Assembly (NCBI RefSeq): GCF_009914755.1
Contig: NC_060928.1
Source of the DNA: the human T2T-CHM13v2.0 reference genome, Homo sapiens
Reading direction: 5' to 3' (one strand)
Length of the DNA stretch: 64,000 nucleotides
The notes beneath the pieces were generated by a model. That model made no database searches and was not told the DNA's origin. It saw nothing but the letters and a program-made list of their open reading frames with translations. Position numbers and translations under genes: made by a program. Shown here piece by piece: positions 27,198-41,762 of this stretch (the stretch's first letter is position 1; each line of letters begins with the position of its first letter).

Positions 27198-29379
27198 TTT
27201 CTAACCTCCAGAAATCACCTCAAGAATTATTTGAAATATTTTAGATTGTGCAAAACTGTGAGACTTAAAATAATTAACATGTTTACATTTTAATAAGCAT
27301 TTTTCCATATTGAAAGAATTATCCAAGCACATATTCAATAAATAAAATTATTTAAACCTCTTTATTAGTTCAGAAAATTAGGACTTTGCTATGAACATTG
27401 ATATTCTTTGAGTTGAACATATTTTTTAAAATAGACAAGTTATATATGGCTATTAAATAAAACTCATAAAATGTATTTCAATGGAAATAGTTAATAAAAT
27501 TACTAAACTTTTGCACTCAGTGTGATAAATATATGTCTTGATAATGTAGTTTGTGTTTCGCTGAAGAAACCATAATGGGTAGATTTTGATCTTACAGAAA
27601 TGAAGTTAATTTAAATTTGCCTTCGCAATTGTCTTCCAAACCTCTTGTGTATTCCTCTCTATACAATTTTATTTCTCTTTTAGATATCCATTTTGATTTG
27701 GGAATTAATTATTAGGTGATTTTTATATTGATGATATTTATTGATGATACCAATCCATCTGGTATGCAAATTAAATTTCTGTAATATATTTATTTCAAAA
27801 ATTTCTCCTCGCCTTTATTTTTTTTTTTTTTGAGTATGATATGATCCCACATTACATCCAGGCAGGCAAACATCTTGACCAAAGCTTAATCAGTCCTTGT
27901 CCATCCTTTCTTCAAAGTCATCTGTATCCAGAGGCAAAAATATTTTCCAGGGCTCTTTTTGGATCACACACCAGAATATTCCCTTAGTTTACATCAGACT
28001 AATAGTAGTTATGTTAAGGGTTCTTCTGTCCTGCACCTGGTAGCGGCATAAAGTCAGTATTTTCTGATTTTTAAATTTATTTACTTTATATTCCTTTCTC
28101 AATGTACTACTTTATGTCGGTGATTTTTTCATTCGAAGACCTGCTATTGTTTTTCCTATATTTATATACTTTAACTGAAGTGCTTTAGAACTACAATGTA
28201 TTCATTATAATTTTGAGACAATTAGTTTAATGAACTAATTTATCTAATTCTGTTACTAAGATCCACAAGCAATGGCAAAGATTGTCCACATGAATCTTAT
28301 CTCAGAGAAGGAAATATACTTTTTAGGAAATAAAAATAAGTTAAATTTGAAAAAGCCTATTGAAATAAATACTAGTTACAAACAAAGAACACATTAATGG
28401 AATAATCACTTGGAGTTTTGCATTCAACAATTGCAAACTCGTATAGTTTTAAACTCACTGTTAATATAAATGTTAACTTAAGTTGTAATCATTTACCTGA
28501 TTAAATATACTGTTTCTTAAGTTAACAAAAACAACTGCATCTTGCATTTGATATTACTCTTAAATATGAATCAGCATTTAGCTGCACTTCGGGAGGGGCT
28601 ACAATTAGCAGTTAGGCCCTTAGAAAAATCTTACAATTTTGAATTTTAGTCTTACATATATTTGCTTTTTACTTATATCACTAATATGCATACATTTATG
28701 TATAAATTATGCATATATGTTTAAACAATAATATCTCAGAATAAGTTTGTCATATGAATGAAATAGTGACTGTCCTCCTATTTAGTTATTTATGATCAAA
28801 TTTGTCCATTTCTCTCCAGATGATATAAGCTTAAGCCCTCTAGAAAGATAAAGATAAAATTCTTGTCTGATTATTTGATTGATTGAACTTTAGCTTAGAG
28901 CTGGAGCCTTGGGATCTCTGGGCATCCAGTTGCCTATGTACTGATAAGAAAAGGTCATAGAAGATTTAGTAGGACATTTTTTTTAGTAGCTAGTGTCACA
29001 CCTTCACACACTGCCATACCCCAAAGAAGCGAAGCCTGCGTCAGTCTCACAGCACACACTGCAAAAAGTGACACTCTATTGCTGGGCAGGCAATGGGAAG
29101 AATCTTCGTTTACATTTGTCGTCCTGGGGAGTTCTTCCTCCCCAGCAAAGCTGACTTCTGCTCCAGGATGGAGAATGCAAAGTGTGGACATGAATGGCCT
29201 CAAAGGCAGCTGTGTGGTCTTCAATCAAATTTTTACTGGGAATAAAAATCCTTTCCTTTTTGATTATCCATCTTATCTTTTTTTTTGTTTAAAGCTACCG
29301 GCCCAAAGGTAGGGATATTATATTTTTCTGCTGTGTATGAATTTAGAAAATGTCACCCATCGTTACCTAAGTAGAAATG

Positions 29380-30000
29380 TGAGCTCTGCACAAGAGATAT
29401 AAAAACTGGAATCCCAACTCTGATTTTGCTACACTCTCTGACTTCGACTAAATCACTAAACTTGTCAGGATCTCTGTTTTCCTATACTTCTTCATTCATT
29501 CGTTTATTCTTTCATTCACTCAGATATGCATTGGTTAAATGTTTACTATATGCTAGGCCTTTCTAGGTTTGTAAATATGCCCCAGGCAAAATGTCTATAT
29601 TCAAGAATTTAATAGATTATGAAAAAAAGTAGTATTAATCAACCAATAAAAATATACAAAATAACGCAGTGAGCTCTCTAATAAGGATTTGATAGGGAAC
29701 AATGCTATTGCCCAAGAAAGGAAATGTGATCCTTGTCAAGATGTGATGCCCAACTGATATTTAAAGGATGAGACTTCCATAAGCAAGATACAGACAACAA
29801 ACAGAGGGAGATTTTATACACACGCACAACACACACACAAGTATATGAGATGAGGTTGAAATGATGAAGTCGTGAGGTAAGTTTTACGCATTGTAAGGAG
29901 TTTGAACTTGTCTTAAATATAGTTTTAAAAATCCCTTTTTATTTTCAGGAAAAGGAGTGGCATGAAAGAATTAATTGGTTTTAGAAAAAGCTCTCGAAAA
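29380..30000. mobile_element. MIR followed by L2 fragments
   Basis: AAATCACTAAACTTGTCAGGATCTCTGTTTTCC is MIR-like. TTCATTCATTCG...TTTACTATATGCTAGGC and GTAAGGAGTTTGAACTTG are L2-like (antisense). Confidence 0.55.
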
Positions 30001-31362
30001 ATGAGGGAGTTTAGATAAAAGTAAAGCTGTAAATTTCCAGAATGTAAAGATTTCTGATCAATAAAATTCACATAAAATATGTATTCCGTGTTACTTAAAG
30101 ATGGGCCCTACTCTTTACAATAAAAGCCCAATATAACACCAAAATATAATGATAAAATACAGTGCTTTGTACCTAGAATCCACATAATATATGTTGATTG
30201 AAATAATGAGGAATGAATAGTTCCAAGAACTTCCTAGAAACTGTGTAGAGCATACTTCATGTTTATTTACAAGAAGGAAAACTTGGAAATAAAGTCTTTT
30301 TGTTCTCCGCTTTCTTTTTTAAACAAAGATTATCTCGAAGGTAGGAAAGTATTTTAAAGTAGTATACAATTTATTTAAAATTCCAACATAAATTTCAATA
30401 GAATGTCATCTAGTTAAATAATGTAACTGAAAAATTATCATTTTTAACATATCTCAGTGAAGCCACTTTGATATACTCTTTGAAATAATAATAATAATAC
30501 AAATAACTTATGAGAAGGATATATACAGATCTTTTGAATGCACAGAGGAGTGTGTATTAATTTCCATTCAGGACAGATAATGCAGGATGGCTGCAAAGCA
30601 TTTCAAAAAATACATTTCAAAGGAGATAATGTATTTGAATGCATTTAATCCAGAGCAGTGTTAGTAAAGCTTTGTGCCTCTCCAAAATAAACTAATGTCT
30701 CTTTGAAAACAACCTTTTGACACATTGGGGGATTATCTCATCACTAAAAAGAAACTTACTAAAAAAAATAAAGGTCATTGTGGAAAGGTGGTCAATTTTC
30801 CTTCTATAAAGTCAGATAAGGTTTTTCTCAGAGGGAATGGGTGAGAGGTTGACATCAAGGTTGAGTGAAGTTCTATTGTCTATTTTAGCTTCAGATTTTC
30901 AGCTGGTTTCTTGAAGCAAGTAATTAGAGACAACTGAGGTTTTTTTTTTTTTTCACTACCTAGTAATTTTTCTTACTGTTTGAAATACGAATTTTATATC
31001 AGTACTAGAAGGCTTTTTTTGCTAGTTCCACTTAATCTGACTTACAACTAGTATTAAGGCCCTCAGTCCAAACGGACATCAAGAAGAATTGAATGGCTTT
31101 TAGGATAGGGAATGAGAGCATAGGGTTTTCCTCTTAGAACTATCCACATGATTTTCTCACATAGATTGCTTTCATTTTTTTGTGTGTGAAATTATTGTAT
31201 AGCATTCATCCAATTTGGGTTGTTGGTTAAGAAGCAAAGAACTTAATCTCTAGGTTTCTGACATGGCTAAATCTGTGTAAGCTGGGGCACAGTTAAATGT
31301 CTGTGTTTTCCACACTATGAAATACAGTGCTTAGTGCATTCTGTTGAATTTGATAAACTAGG

Positions 31363-31402
31363 TGTATTAATCAGGGTTCTCCAGACAAACAGGATCAATA
31401 GA

Positions 31403-31448
<46 letters not shown>

Positions 31449-31826
31449 TATGGAGGCTGGCAAGCTCAAGGTCTGCAGAGTATGTCAGCAAGGTGGAGAC
31501 CTAAGAGAGGGGATGGTTTCATTCCAGTTTAAAGGTTGCTTTAGTTTGAATCTGAAAGCAGGAAAATTCTGATGTTTCTTTTAAAAAACAGTCAGAACAA
31601 ATTCTCATTTACTTAGTGGGGAGTCAGTCTTTTGGTTCTATTCAGGCCTTTAACTAATTGGAAGATATCCACTCACACTAGAGAGGGCAATCTGCTTGAC
31701 TCAGTTTACCAATTTAAATGTTAATCTCATCCAAAAGTACCCTCACAGTGATATCCAGAACAACTTGATCAACTACCTGGGTACCTCTTAGCATAGTGAA
31801 ATTGACACACAACATTAACCATCACC
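31363..31826 (-). mobile_element. MLT2C/D-type ERVL solo LTR containing (TG)n at ~31406-31446
   Basis: TGTATTAATCAGGGTTCTCCAGA...GAGGGCAATCTGCTT...TTGACACACAACATTAACCATCAC. TSD CTAGG/CTAGC. Confidence 0.85.
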
Positions 31827-32514
31827 CTAGCAACGGCACTTTTTCCCACTGCTTCAGAGCAAATTACCAGTTAAAAGGATTCAATGAATAAAAATGGACA
31901 AGAGGAATTAGCAAGTATGCTTACAACAGTTTTTTTCCAAAATTAAGAATAGAAATTATAAATACATATTCCATTCATATAAATACTATAGCGATTATAT
32001 AACAATAGCATCCAATGGTTATTGAATGTTTGAAATGTACCATACACTGAGCTAGTGTTGTTGTTTTGTATTCAACTTCCTATTCTATTAATTAGAAAAT
32101 GGTTCTTGCTACTAAGAGAGAACCTGGTATTCAGCCAGAGATGTAGTGAAGGCCATATAAAGGTGAAATTTTTCTGAAGCAGAACAAATATTCATGTCTT
32201 AACTTCTGCTGCACATGAACTACATAGATTTGGCCTGAAACCTCAGCTGAACTGTGGTTTTTATGCATCCGATACTTGCTAAAATGAGGCAGACCACTGC
32301 TCACTGATATGAAACACTTTTCAATAATTAATGCAGTCCAACAATAGTTGAAAGCCATACATACACTCCCCTATCTAGGCAGAGCCTGAAAAGGCACTTC
32401 ATAAATATGCTCCAGAGGATATTCGAAGACCAGGTAAAGAATTGGGCTAAAAGAAGTATGCAGTTCCTTTTAATTTTAAAATTCTATCAAACTCAGAAAA
32501 AAAATTTGAGGGGG

Positions 32515-33050
32515 GATGTAGAAGTTTAATTGAGATATACTCTCTCACTCATTGAAAATATGCATTTTTGCAACCTTTCAGAAAATCTATTTGACACCAT
32601 ATAAGAGGAATCTTAAAACATGTAATCCTGTTGATTCAATAATGCCAATGATTCCATGTATAGCAACATATTTTAAACAAATAATCACAGATGCAGATGC
32701 CTAATAAAAATATTATTTGCTTATATATGTTAGAGTTTTAATGTGGCACTAACCTAAATACCCAATTGGGGAATAGATTAACAAATTATGCAATAATCAC
32801 AAGATGTAATACCCTACAACAAATAAAAATGTGCTCTGAAAGTTTATTTAACAATATAAAAAATAGTTCAAAGATAATACTCCAGTTGGGCAGGTTTTAT
32901 TATCATTCTTATTATTATTTGATTATACACCTACCCTATGACTCTGCCACTCAGCCATTCTACTCCTAGGCATTTACCCAAGAGAAATGAAAGCATATCT
33001 TTACATAAAGACTTCTATAGAACTATTCATAGCAAATCTTAATAATGTCT
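32515..33050 (+). mobile_element. Old L1M fragments
   Basis: ACCTACCCTATGACTCTGCC...CTACTCCTAGGCATTTACCCAAGAGAAATGAAAGCAT resembles the L1M ORF2 end. Confidence 0.6.
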
Positions 33051-35629
33051 TCTCCACTGCCTCTTTTGAAGTGATTACTTTTTCATTACGTCAATAAGCT
33101 CTAAGTGATGGGTTAGATAGAACAGATGTAATGTTAGCAAGGATTTTTAAATGCATGTATAAAAACCAAATAATTTCACCCACTAATATTTAATAAATAT
33201 AGCTCACACTCTGCTGAGTGTGAGTTCATAAAGCTATCTTGAGAATGATGCAGCTACCCATCCTCCATTTGTTCACTGATAGATTAAAGGAAAAAGGATT
33301 ACATGGGGCAAAACAATCAGGTTAAGTTTGACTGAATATCCTACCTGGTCAGCCTCCTGCTTGAAGAGGCTGAGTGAGTAGTTCATTGCCTGAGGTATCA
33401 CAAACATGGTGTCACAAAAAGAGCTTAAAGTTTTTATGTAAAACAATTATTGAGATTATGTTTGGTGAATCACAGAGTGCAGGTATTACATTGGCCAGTT
33501 CTCTTTGCCTAGTTTCCTAGGACTCATTTCTCTGGGACTATGAAGACTGAGGGTGAGCCATAGTCTTGTGTGTAGTGGAAAATCTTTGAGTGGGACCACT
33601 ATAGTTGTACACTGAAGCTGATTCTACAGGGATAAGAGTAAAAATGATCAAGCGGCCTATCAGGAGCCTCTTAACCTTGAGAATTACATTTTCTAAAAAG
33701 GAAGAACCACCTAATTATTGAACTCTTGGGAGTTTTGGAAGTGGAAATTAGTGGGTAACTTGATAAATCCTATCAACTAATTTTTGTTCAGGTGTTAATG
33801 ACATATTGGCATTTTGCAACACTCATTTGTTACTGACTAATTAAGTCCCATACAGCCTTTCTCATTCAAATTTTCTGTCAATAGCTAGTCAGATAAAGGC
33901 CACAGAATGTATGCCAGATGCAAAGTGGACTTCAATGGAGCATTTTTTATCACAAGGTTATGCTTTTTAAAAAATCTTGAGCAATGCCTCTCGATTTTAA
34001 ATTCATCCATGCAAAACTGACACTAGCAAGCAGATGGCCCAGCCCTCAAATAAAGCAAACGGTATTGAAAACTCATTTTCTACCACTTGAGTTTACAATA
34101 CCTATTTGAATAGTTATATTTTCAAGGTCTGTGGTTACTTTAGGAAGAATTCGGAGCATTACAGAGAGCCAGGCCCACAGTGCAATCACCAAACTGCTGA
34201 GTTACATTCTTTTTTTTATTCCAGTCTGTATTTACAGATATAAAGATGCAATTTAGATTTTCATCAGTACTTGGAAAGCAAAGCAAAGTGATAACAAGAT
34301 GCTTTACAGATGACAGGACAAATCCTTTCCACAAATCATCGTAGTAGAAGTGTCATTTCCTCTTATATTTGAGATCGTAATCTGTGTGTGTATATGTGTG
34401 AGTGTGGGTGTGCCTGTTGTCAGTAGCCCCACAGGAGAGCTGAGGAAAGGGCATTTAAACTCTATTTCTAATATAATGTCTTTCTCCAACATAAAAGGAA
34501 AAAAGTAAATAAGTGAGAAACTTAATCACATAAGGAAAGGCTTTCAAATTAATCAGGAAATGTTAATCATTGAGATGGGAATTTTGACTGTAGATCAAAA
34601 ATGATTTACTGATTTTATACTAGGAAAAAAACTGGAATTAAAAAAAGGCGAGTTGTTGGTTAACATTTTAGTTTCTCCTTTTCATTTCTGAATAGTTTCC
34701 TTCTCTACAGATCACAGACAGCCCTACAATAAAGATAGATGTAGAGGTAAGAAAAGTATTTCAAGATACTAAATTAAGTAAAAAAAAAAAAATCCATAAT
34801 TTTTCTCTATTAATTACATCAAGAAAGAAGAGCACATGATGATTCTGACTGAATGGAACAGAAAGCCTTACAATTTACATATTTTTAAGTCTAGCTGCAA
34901 AGGTCTATGGTATTTGCATATGAATTCCTTTCAATATGCAAGATCTCAGAGTCTGCAAAGTAAACCCAGAATTGAAAGAAACTGAATGGAAAACTTTGCT
35001 CCTCAAAAAAACGCCGTCTTTCCATAAAGTGATTTTTGTAATATCTGTATTTAAGAGGACTCTATTCTTTCTGAGCTATTGTTTGAAGAAGCCTACTGAA
35101 AATCTATTATTTAAAATTGAAGACTTTGGGATTATATTATGCCATCTCCTTCATGGGTAATGAGACTTATTCTTTTATCAGATATTCCTTTCAGGGAGAG
35201 ACAGTTTACATTTATTCCATGTAAGTTTCAATTGCCATTGAGAAAATGTGTTCTTTCAACGCTCTTTTTTTTCTGAATAAAAATGTATTTAAGGTGTTGT
35301 CACTGAGCTGCACCTCTGTAGACTTTCTTTCCTTTCACAAAGTGAGCATTATATTTTATAAAAGCGAATTAAATTTTTTCAGCCTTTTTTCATTTTACTA
35401 TATTTTTTCATCTGTGGATGTGAAAGGTATACTGATCTTTCCTTGTCAAAACAATGAAAAAAATAAAAGTTACTATCATCTAATAAATGGCAAAAGAAAC
35501 TTATTCTCTATATACTAAGGAATTAACTGAAACACACCATTAAATAACCTCCTAAGAAAAGCATCTTTTGCAAGTGAATGGTCTAATAATTTTGAATAGT
35601 CTTGGTGAGAGGTTAGAAAAAAGTATATA

Positions 35630-35963
35630 TAGTCTCCCTATATCCCTGGAGAATTTGTTCCAAGACCTCCCATAAATACCAGAATCTGTGGATGCTCAAG
35701 TCCCTGATATAAAATTGTGTATTATTTGCATATGAACTACCCATGTCCTCCTATATATTTTAAATCCTCCCTAGTTTACTTATGATGCCAAATATGGTAT
35801 AATAAATGCTATGTAAATTATTTTTATACTGTATCGAATAGGGAATAATGACAAGAAAAAAGTCTGTACACGTTCACTACAGACACAATTTTTTGGAAAT
35901 ATTTTTGACTAATGGTTGGCTGAATCCATGGATATAAAACCCACAGATATGGAGGGCTAACTG
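35630..35963. mobile_element. MER2-type TcMar-Tigger MITE
   Basis: TTCCAAGACCTCC...GGATGCTCAAGTCCCTGATATAAAA...GAATCCATGGATA...GATATGGAGGGCTAACTG, with TA flank. Confidence 0.85.
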
Positions 35964-36650
35964 TATTATACCTTTGTACCTGTATGTTTACTCCTTGAAA
36001 TATTATAACTTAAACTATCAGGATTTTCCTGATACTCTTTCCTCAGTTTGACATACACAAAATATTCATTGATTACATTTTGGACCTAAAACTAAATTTA
36101 AGATTTTTAAGTGGCATATGTTAAGTGATTTTTATTATGAAATAACTCAAAGATTGAAAATAAGATAACAAAATTAGGAGCTGTGCATTCATGCATGCTT
36201 CTGACACTTCATGTGTCTCTGGTCCAAATAATTATTCTTTAATAAAGTTTAGAAAGAAACATATGGTTTGAGTATTTCACCATGAAACTATTGGCAAAAG
36301 GGTTTAGGTCAATAATAATGCTGATTTAACTGTGATCTTGCTTTTAAACTTGTTTGATGTGATTAATGTCAGCTTTGCTGAAAAGTAAAAAGTAGTGCAT
36401 CAGTATAACAAGCATCAGTTTTTTAAGCAGGACCATCTGTGTCTATTTTTTTTTTTCAGTTCTCTTGATACAAAGCCACACGATTGTAAACAAATTAAAT
36501 TATCTACCTAAAATACAACATATCTAAAGTAGGCAAACTAATGTCTATTTCCCATTGTTGTGATGATTTAATGAGTTAGGTTATATACAATGTTTGTATA
36601 GTAGTGGTTGCTAGAATGTATACAAAATGTGGCTATTAATTGTAACAGGG

Positions 36651-36782
36651 TGTGATGATTAATATTGAGTGTCAGCTTGATTGGATTGAGGGATACAAAA
36701 TGTTAATCCTGGGTGTGTCTGTATGGGTGTTGCTAAAAGAGACTAACATTTGAGTCAGTGGGCTGGGGAAGGTAGACCTTCC
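36651..36782 (+). mobile_element. MLT2A LTR 5' fragment
   Basis: TGTGATGATTAATATTGAGTGTCAGCTTGATTGGATTGA...TTTGAGTCAGTGGGCTGGGGAAGG is reverse-complement similar to 5985-6110. Confidence 0.85.
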
Positions 36783-36784
36783 AG

Positions 36785-37123
36785 CTAACCCTGCATTTTT
36801 GTGTGATCATAACACTGAGTTCCAAAAAATGGAATGTGAGCAGAAGCAGCAAACAATATTTCCAGGTAATGGAAATGTCCCATGTGAGATTCTCCATGCC
36901 CTTTTTTTATTCCACCAGCTTACGTAGAAGAGTTCAGCACAAAAATTGGCAGAGTCATAATATACAAGAAATTTAGGTTCCTCAGTCAGTGGTTAGGGAA
37001 GAGCTAAGGATTTAAAATACTCATTTTGGAATATATGTGAGCTACAAATAAAATATCATATATTGGCAATTATATATTTTTATGCCATGTTTGTTGGAGT
37101 TGCTAGTGTTACCCTAATTGTAC
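36785..37123 (+). mobile_element. MLT1J-like LTR
   Basis: CTGAGTTCC...ATGGAATGTGAGCAGAAG...GGCAGAGTCATAATATACAAGAA...GCTAGTGTTACCCTAA. Confidence 0.6.
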
Positions 37124-37700
37124 GTGTTATCTTAACTTAAAGTGTTATTAACAGAGTTTTATACTATTTTCCTGGTGTTAAAAGTAAATAAAAAGAATGA
37201 AATAAGAACTATTACTGATAGTATGTTTACCACATTCCAGACTCTTCATAGTTTATATTTAACATCATATCTTTATTAATAAAGATTAGTAACAAGGAAA
37301 ATCAACTTTGATTAACTTAAGCAGAAGGCAAACTTAATGCAACAATATTAATCTCACAGAATCAGAAGGGTAATTGTGGAGGGCCAGGCTCAGTATATGG
37401 GAAGAAACCAAGTGAAATCAGGCAGCCAAAAATCTGTCCTTTTTTATACCCTAGGAACACTCTGATGAGGAATTATGTTAGGAAACGTGTGCTATTGACT
37501 GACTGGTCATTCAGATGATGCTGGCCTCTCTCAGTGGACATTATGTCCATGAAATATCCTAAGATTTTCTTTTATTATCAATAGACCCAAAGACGGTTGT
37601 GAACTTCTAGATAGCTGAGACAAGACCATAGTCTAGGGCATGAGGTCACAGTAACTGGAGAGAGCTCTGTCCCACTTTGGCTTTAAGCATAAAAGGCAGG

Positions 37701-38083
<383 letters not shown>

Positions 38084-38709
38084 CTAACTGGGATAATGGA
38101 ACATGGATCCACCTCTTCCCAAAGGGGAATATATGAGGTTCGTATCAATAACTACATTCATGCCCAGGAACTCTTCATTTATATGTGACAATATGTAATT
38201 AAATCATAAAGGTTAATAACAACAACACTGTTTGCAGTTACTGTTAGAAAAGGAGGGAAGAAAAGAAATGGAAATAACTTAGAGGCTCTATTCCCCATTC
38301 TACAACTGGTCATTAAACCACAAATAGTATTGTAAATTTTCTACTCTACTGTCCATTTCACATTTTAGCTTCCTATAGCCATCATTTAAGTGAGTTGAGA
38401 GATTCTTCAATGCACTTTATAACCAAAATCTATATTTCTATGGAATATGTGACTTGTTAAGTCCTGTCTGAATATTTGCTCCGGTTATCCATGAACTTCT
38501 CCCATTCAGTGTGGAAAAATCAGGAAACAGTGGATTCATTTATATAGTCATCTCTGATTCTATATTACCTTAACAAATGTAACATGTTTGCTAAACCCAT
38601 AGATGATGGTGCTAGCAGAAACATGAGAGGCACTGTCAAGTAAAATTATCTTAGTAAGTATCTGTTTCATCAAGGATAAGCTGATACTCTTCCACAGCTG
38701 AAGAGTTTC

Positions 38710-38769
38710 AATATAACAATATAACAAATGTAACAATATAACAAATGTATAACAATATAACAAATGTAT
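38710..38769. repeat. AT-rich short tandem repeat (AACAATATAACAAATGT)n
   Basis: About three copies read directly. Confidence 0.85.
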
Positions 38770-40710
38770 ACCTCTACTCTTGTGTATTACACTCCAGTGT
38801 AATAATATGTAATATTTATACTATTGTCAGGCACTGCTTTCATACCCTATTTGGTGGGGGCTACTACCATATCCATTATATAGCTGAGAAATCATATTGG
38901 AAATTGAATCTGTTTGCTACTGATAACACTAAGTGTCAGTTTTTCACGTAACAATGAGTCAGTCTAGCTTTGCTAAGGAGATGACTTGTTGAATCTATTC
39001 ATAGCCCACTGCCCTCCCCCTCCTTCATGGTCCCTTTTTGCTACTGATTCCATTGAGAAAACATTGGGTTTGCTGACTTATATCCTCAGAGAAGTATACC
39101 TCTTATACTAAAAAATTAAAAGCTTCTAGAGACTTCTGGTTTCTACTTCCACACATAAGGAACTTGGAAATTGCCACTCCATCCTATCAACAAGTAAAAA
39201 GCTAAATGGACTAAAAAATCAACAACTCTTATAAGACGGAAAGTCACTGAGTATGATGCTGCCTCCCAACTTGGAGAATACAGGGAGTCACATCTCTCCA
39301 GAGTGGAGATTCATGAGAAGAAACACCAATGAGAAAAAGAAATGGAGTATGAAACCTGAACTCTAATTGATGAATTTCTGGAGAATAAGTGAGGACAAGA
39401 CTGAGAATTAAACATTCCAGAAAAACTAACTCATAAGGGGAACTTCACAATATTTTGAGATTCACCTTCACAAATTTGACCATTTTCCACAGCAAATATC
39501 AGAGAAAAATTAACTTGTACATTCAGGAGAGAAAGGGAAAAAGAAACCTCTTTGAAATATACCACAGAGCTCTATTCCTCTTATCAAGGCCTGCCCTCAG
39601 AAGAAACGAATTAACCAAAACTATCATCAGAGCCTAATTGACCTGGGGAAGAGAAATGCTTGTCTCCTGCTCCACTAGTTTTCTACCTGTGAGAAGGCAA
39701 ATACACAACTCCAGCCCACTCTAGTCATCTTGTCCTACCAAAGCGGGAGAACAAAACAGAACAACACTTGTAAAGTTGACAATCCAGACGCATAGACTCA
39801 CTAAAAAGCTGAGACGTAATCATTAAACTAAAATCCTTCCCCTGCCACTACACCATATTACTAAAGGCCATTTTACTCGGTACACCATATCCGACAATCA
39901 GTAAAAAAAAAAAAAAAAAATTGCAAGTCACGCCAAAAAGTCAAAAACACAATTTGAGGAGACATAACAAGTATCAGATCCAGACTTAGCAAGGATGTTG
40001 GAATTTCAGAACAGAAATGTAAAACACCAATGTGGTCTCTAATGGATAAAGTTGATCACATGTAAGAACAATGGGCAATGTAAGCTGAGGGATGGAAATC
40101 CTGAAAAAGAACTGAAGAGAAATGCTCAAGATCAAAAACACTGTAACAGAAATGAAGAATGCCTTTGATGGGCTTATTAATAGACAGGACACAGCTGAGG
40201 AAAGAATCTCTGATGAGTTCATATGAATACAAGCATTGAAAACTGAAAGCAAAGAAAAGAAATAATGGAAAAAAAAAAGAAGAACAAGATATCCAAGACT
40301 GTGGGACAACTGGAAAAGGTATAACATTCATGTAATGGAAATAAAAAGGAAAAGGAACAGAAGAAACATTTGAGACAATGGTGACTGAGAATTTCTCTGT
40401 CAGACGCCAAATCACAGATCCAAGAAGCTCAGAGATGACCAAGTCAGATAAATGCCAAAAACTACAACTGGACATACCATTCCCAAAGAACAGAAAATCG
40501 AAGATAAAAATAGTGAAAGATGACAGAAGGGAAAAATACTTTACCTACAGAGGAATGAAGATAACAGTTATATCCAACTTCATCTCAGAAACCATGTGAG
40601 CAAGAAGAGAGTGGAGTGAAATATTTAGTGTTGAGAGAAGGGGAAAAGAGAACATAGGATTTTGTTTTCTGCAAAATATCTTTCAAAATTGAATTAATAG
40701 TCTTTATTTA

Positions 40711-41232
<522 letters not shown>

Positions 41233-41434
41233 CTGCATTTTAATTATTGTTAATTGCTCAAACAGATAATAGTGTGTTCAAAATAACAGCAACAATGTAT
41301 TACAGATGTGCATTTATATATGGTAATATATAAGTAAAATAATGGCAGCAAGGATACAAGGAACAGATGGTAGGAATCAAAATAATTATGTTATTTAAAG
41401 GTACATGCATTTAAAGGTAAATATTTACAAAATA

Positions 41435-41515
41435 TTAGTTCAATGCAAAAGTAATTGCTTTTTTTTTGCCATTGCTTCTAATAGCACAAACCATAATTAC
41501 TTGTGCAGCAACCTA
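41435..41515. mobile_element. MADE1 (Hsmar1-derived palindromic MITE)
   Basis: TTAGTTCAATGCAAAAGTAATTGC...GCCATT...AATAGC...CATAATTACTTGTGCAGCAACCTA resembles the ~80-bp MADE1 palindrome. Confidence 0.88.
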
Positions 41516-41597
41516 TAGAACAGTGTTATTTGAAAGTGGACTTGGATTAGTTGTAAATGTTTATTGCAAGCCCTAGGGCAACTACTATAAAAGGTCA

Positions 41598-41762
<165 letters not shown>

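Noticed and set aside
34194-34205. TGCTGAGTTAC, ARE/MARE-like motif
   Set aside because: Mismatch in the core relative to TGCTGAGTCA, and a single short motif is expected by chance.
39986-40475. Hydrophobic minus-strand ORFs of 113-139 aa
   Set aside because: Antisense reading of A-rich L1M ORF1 remnant.
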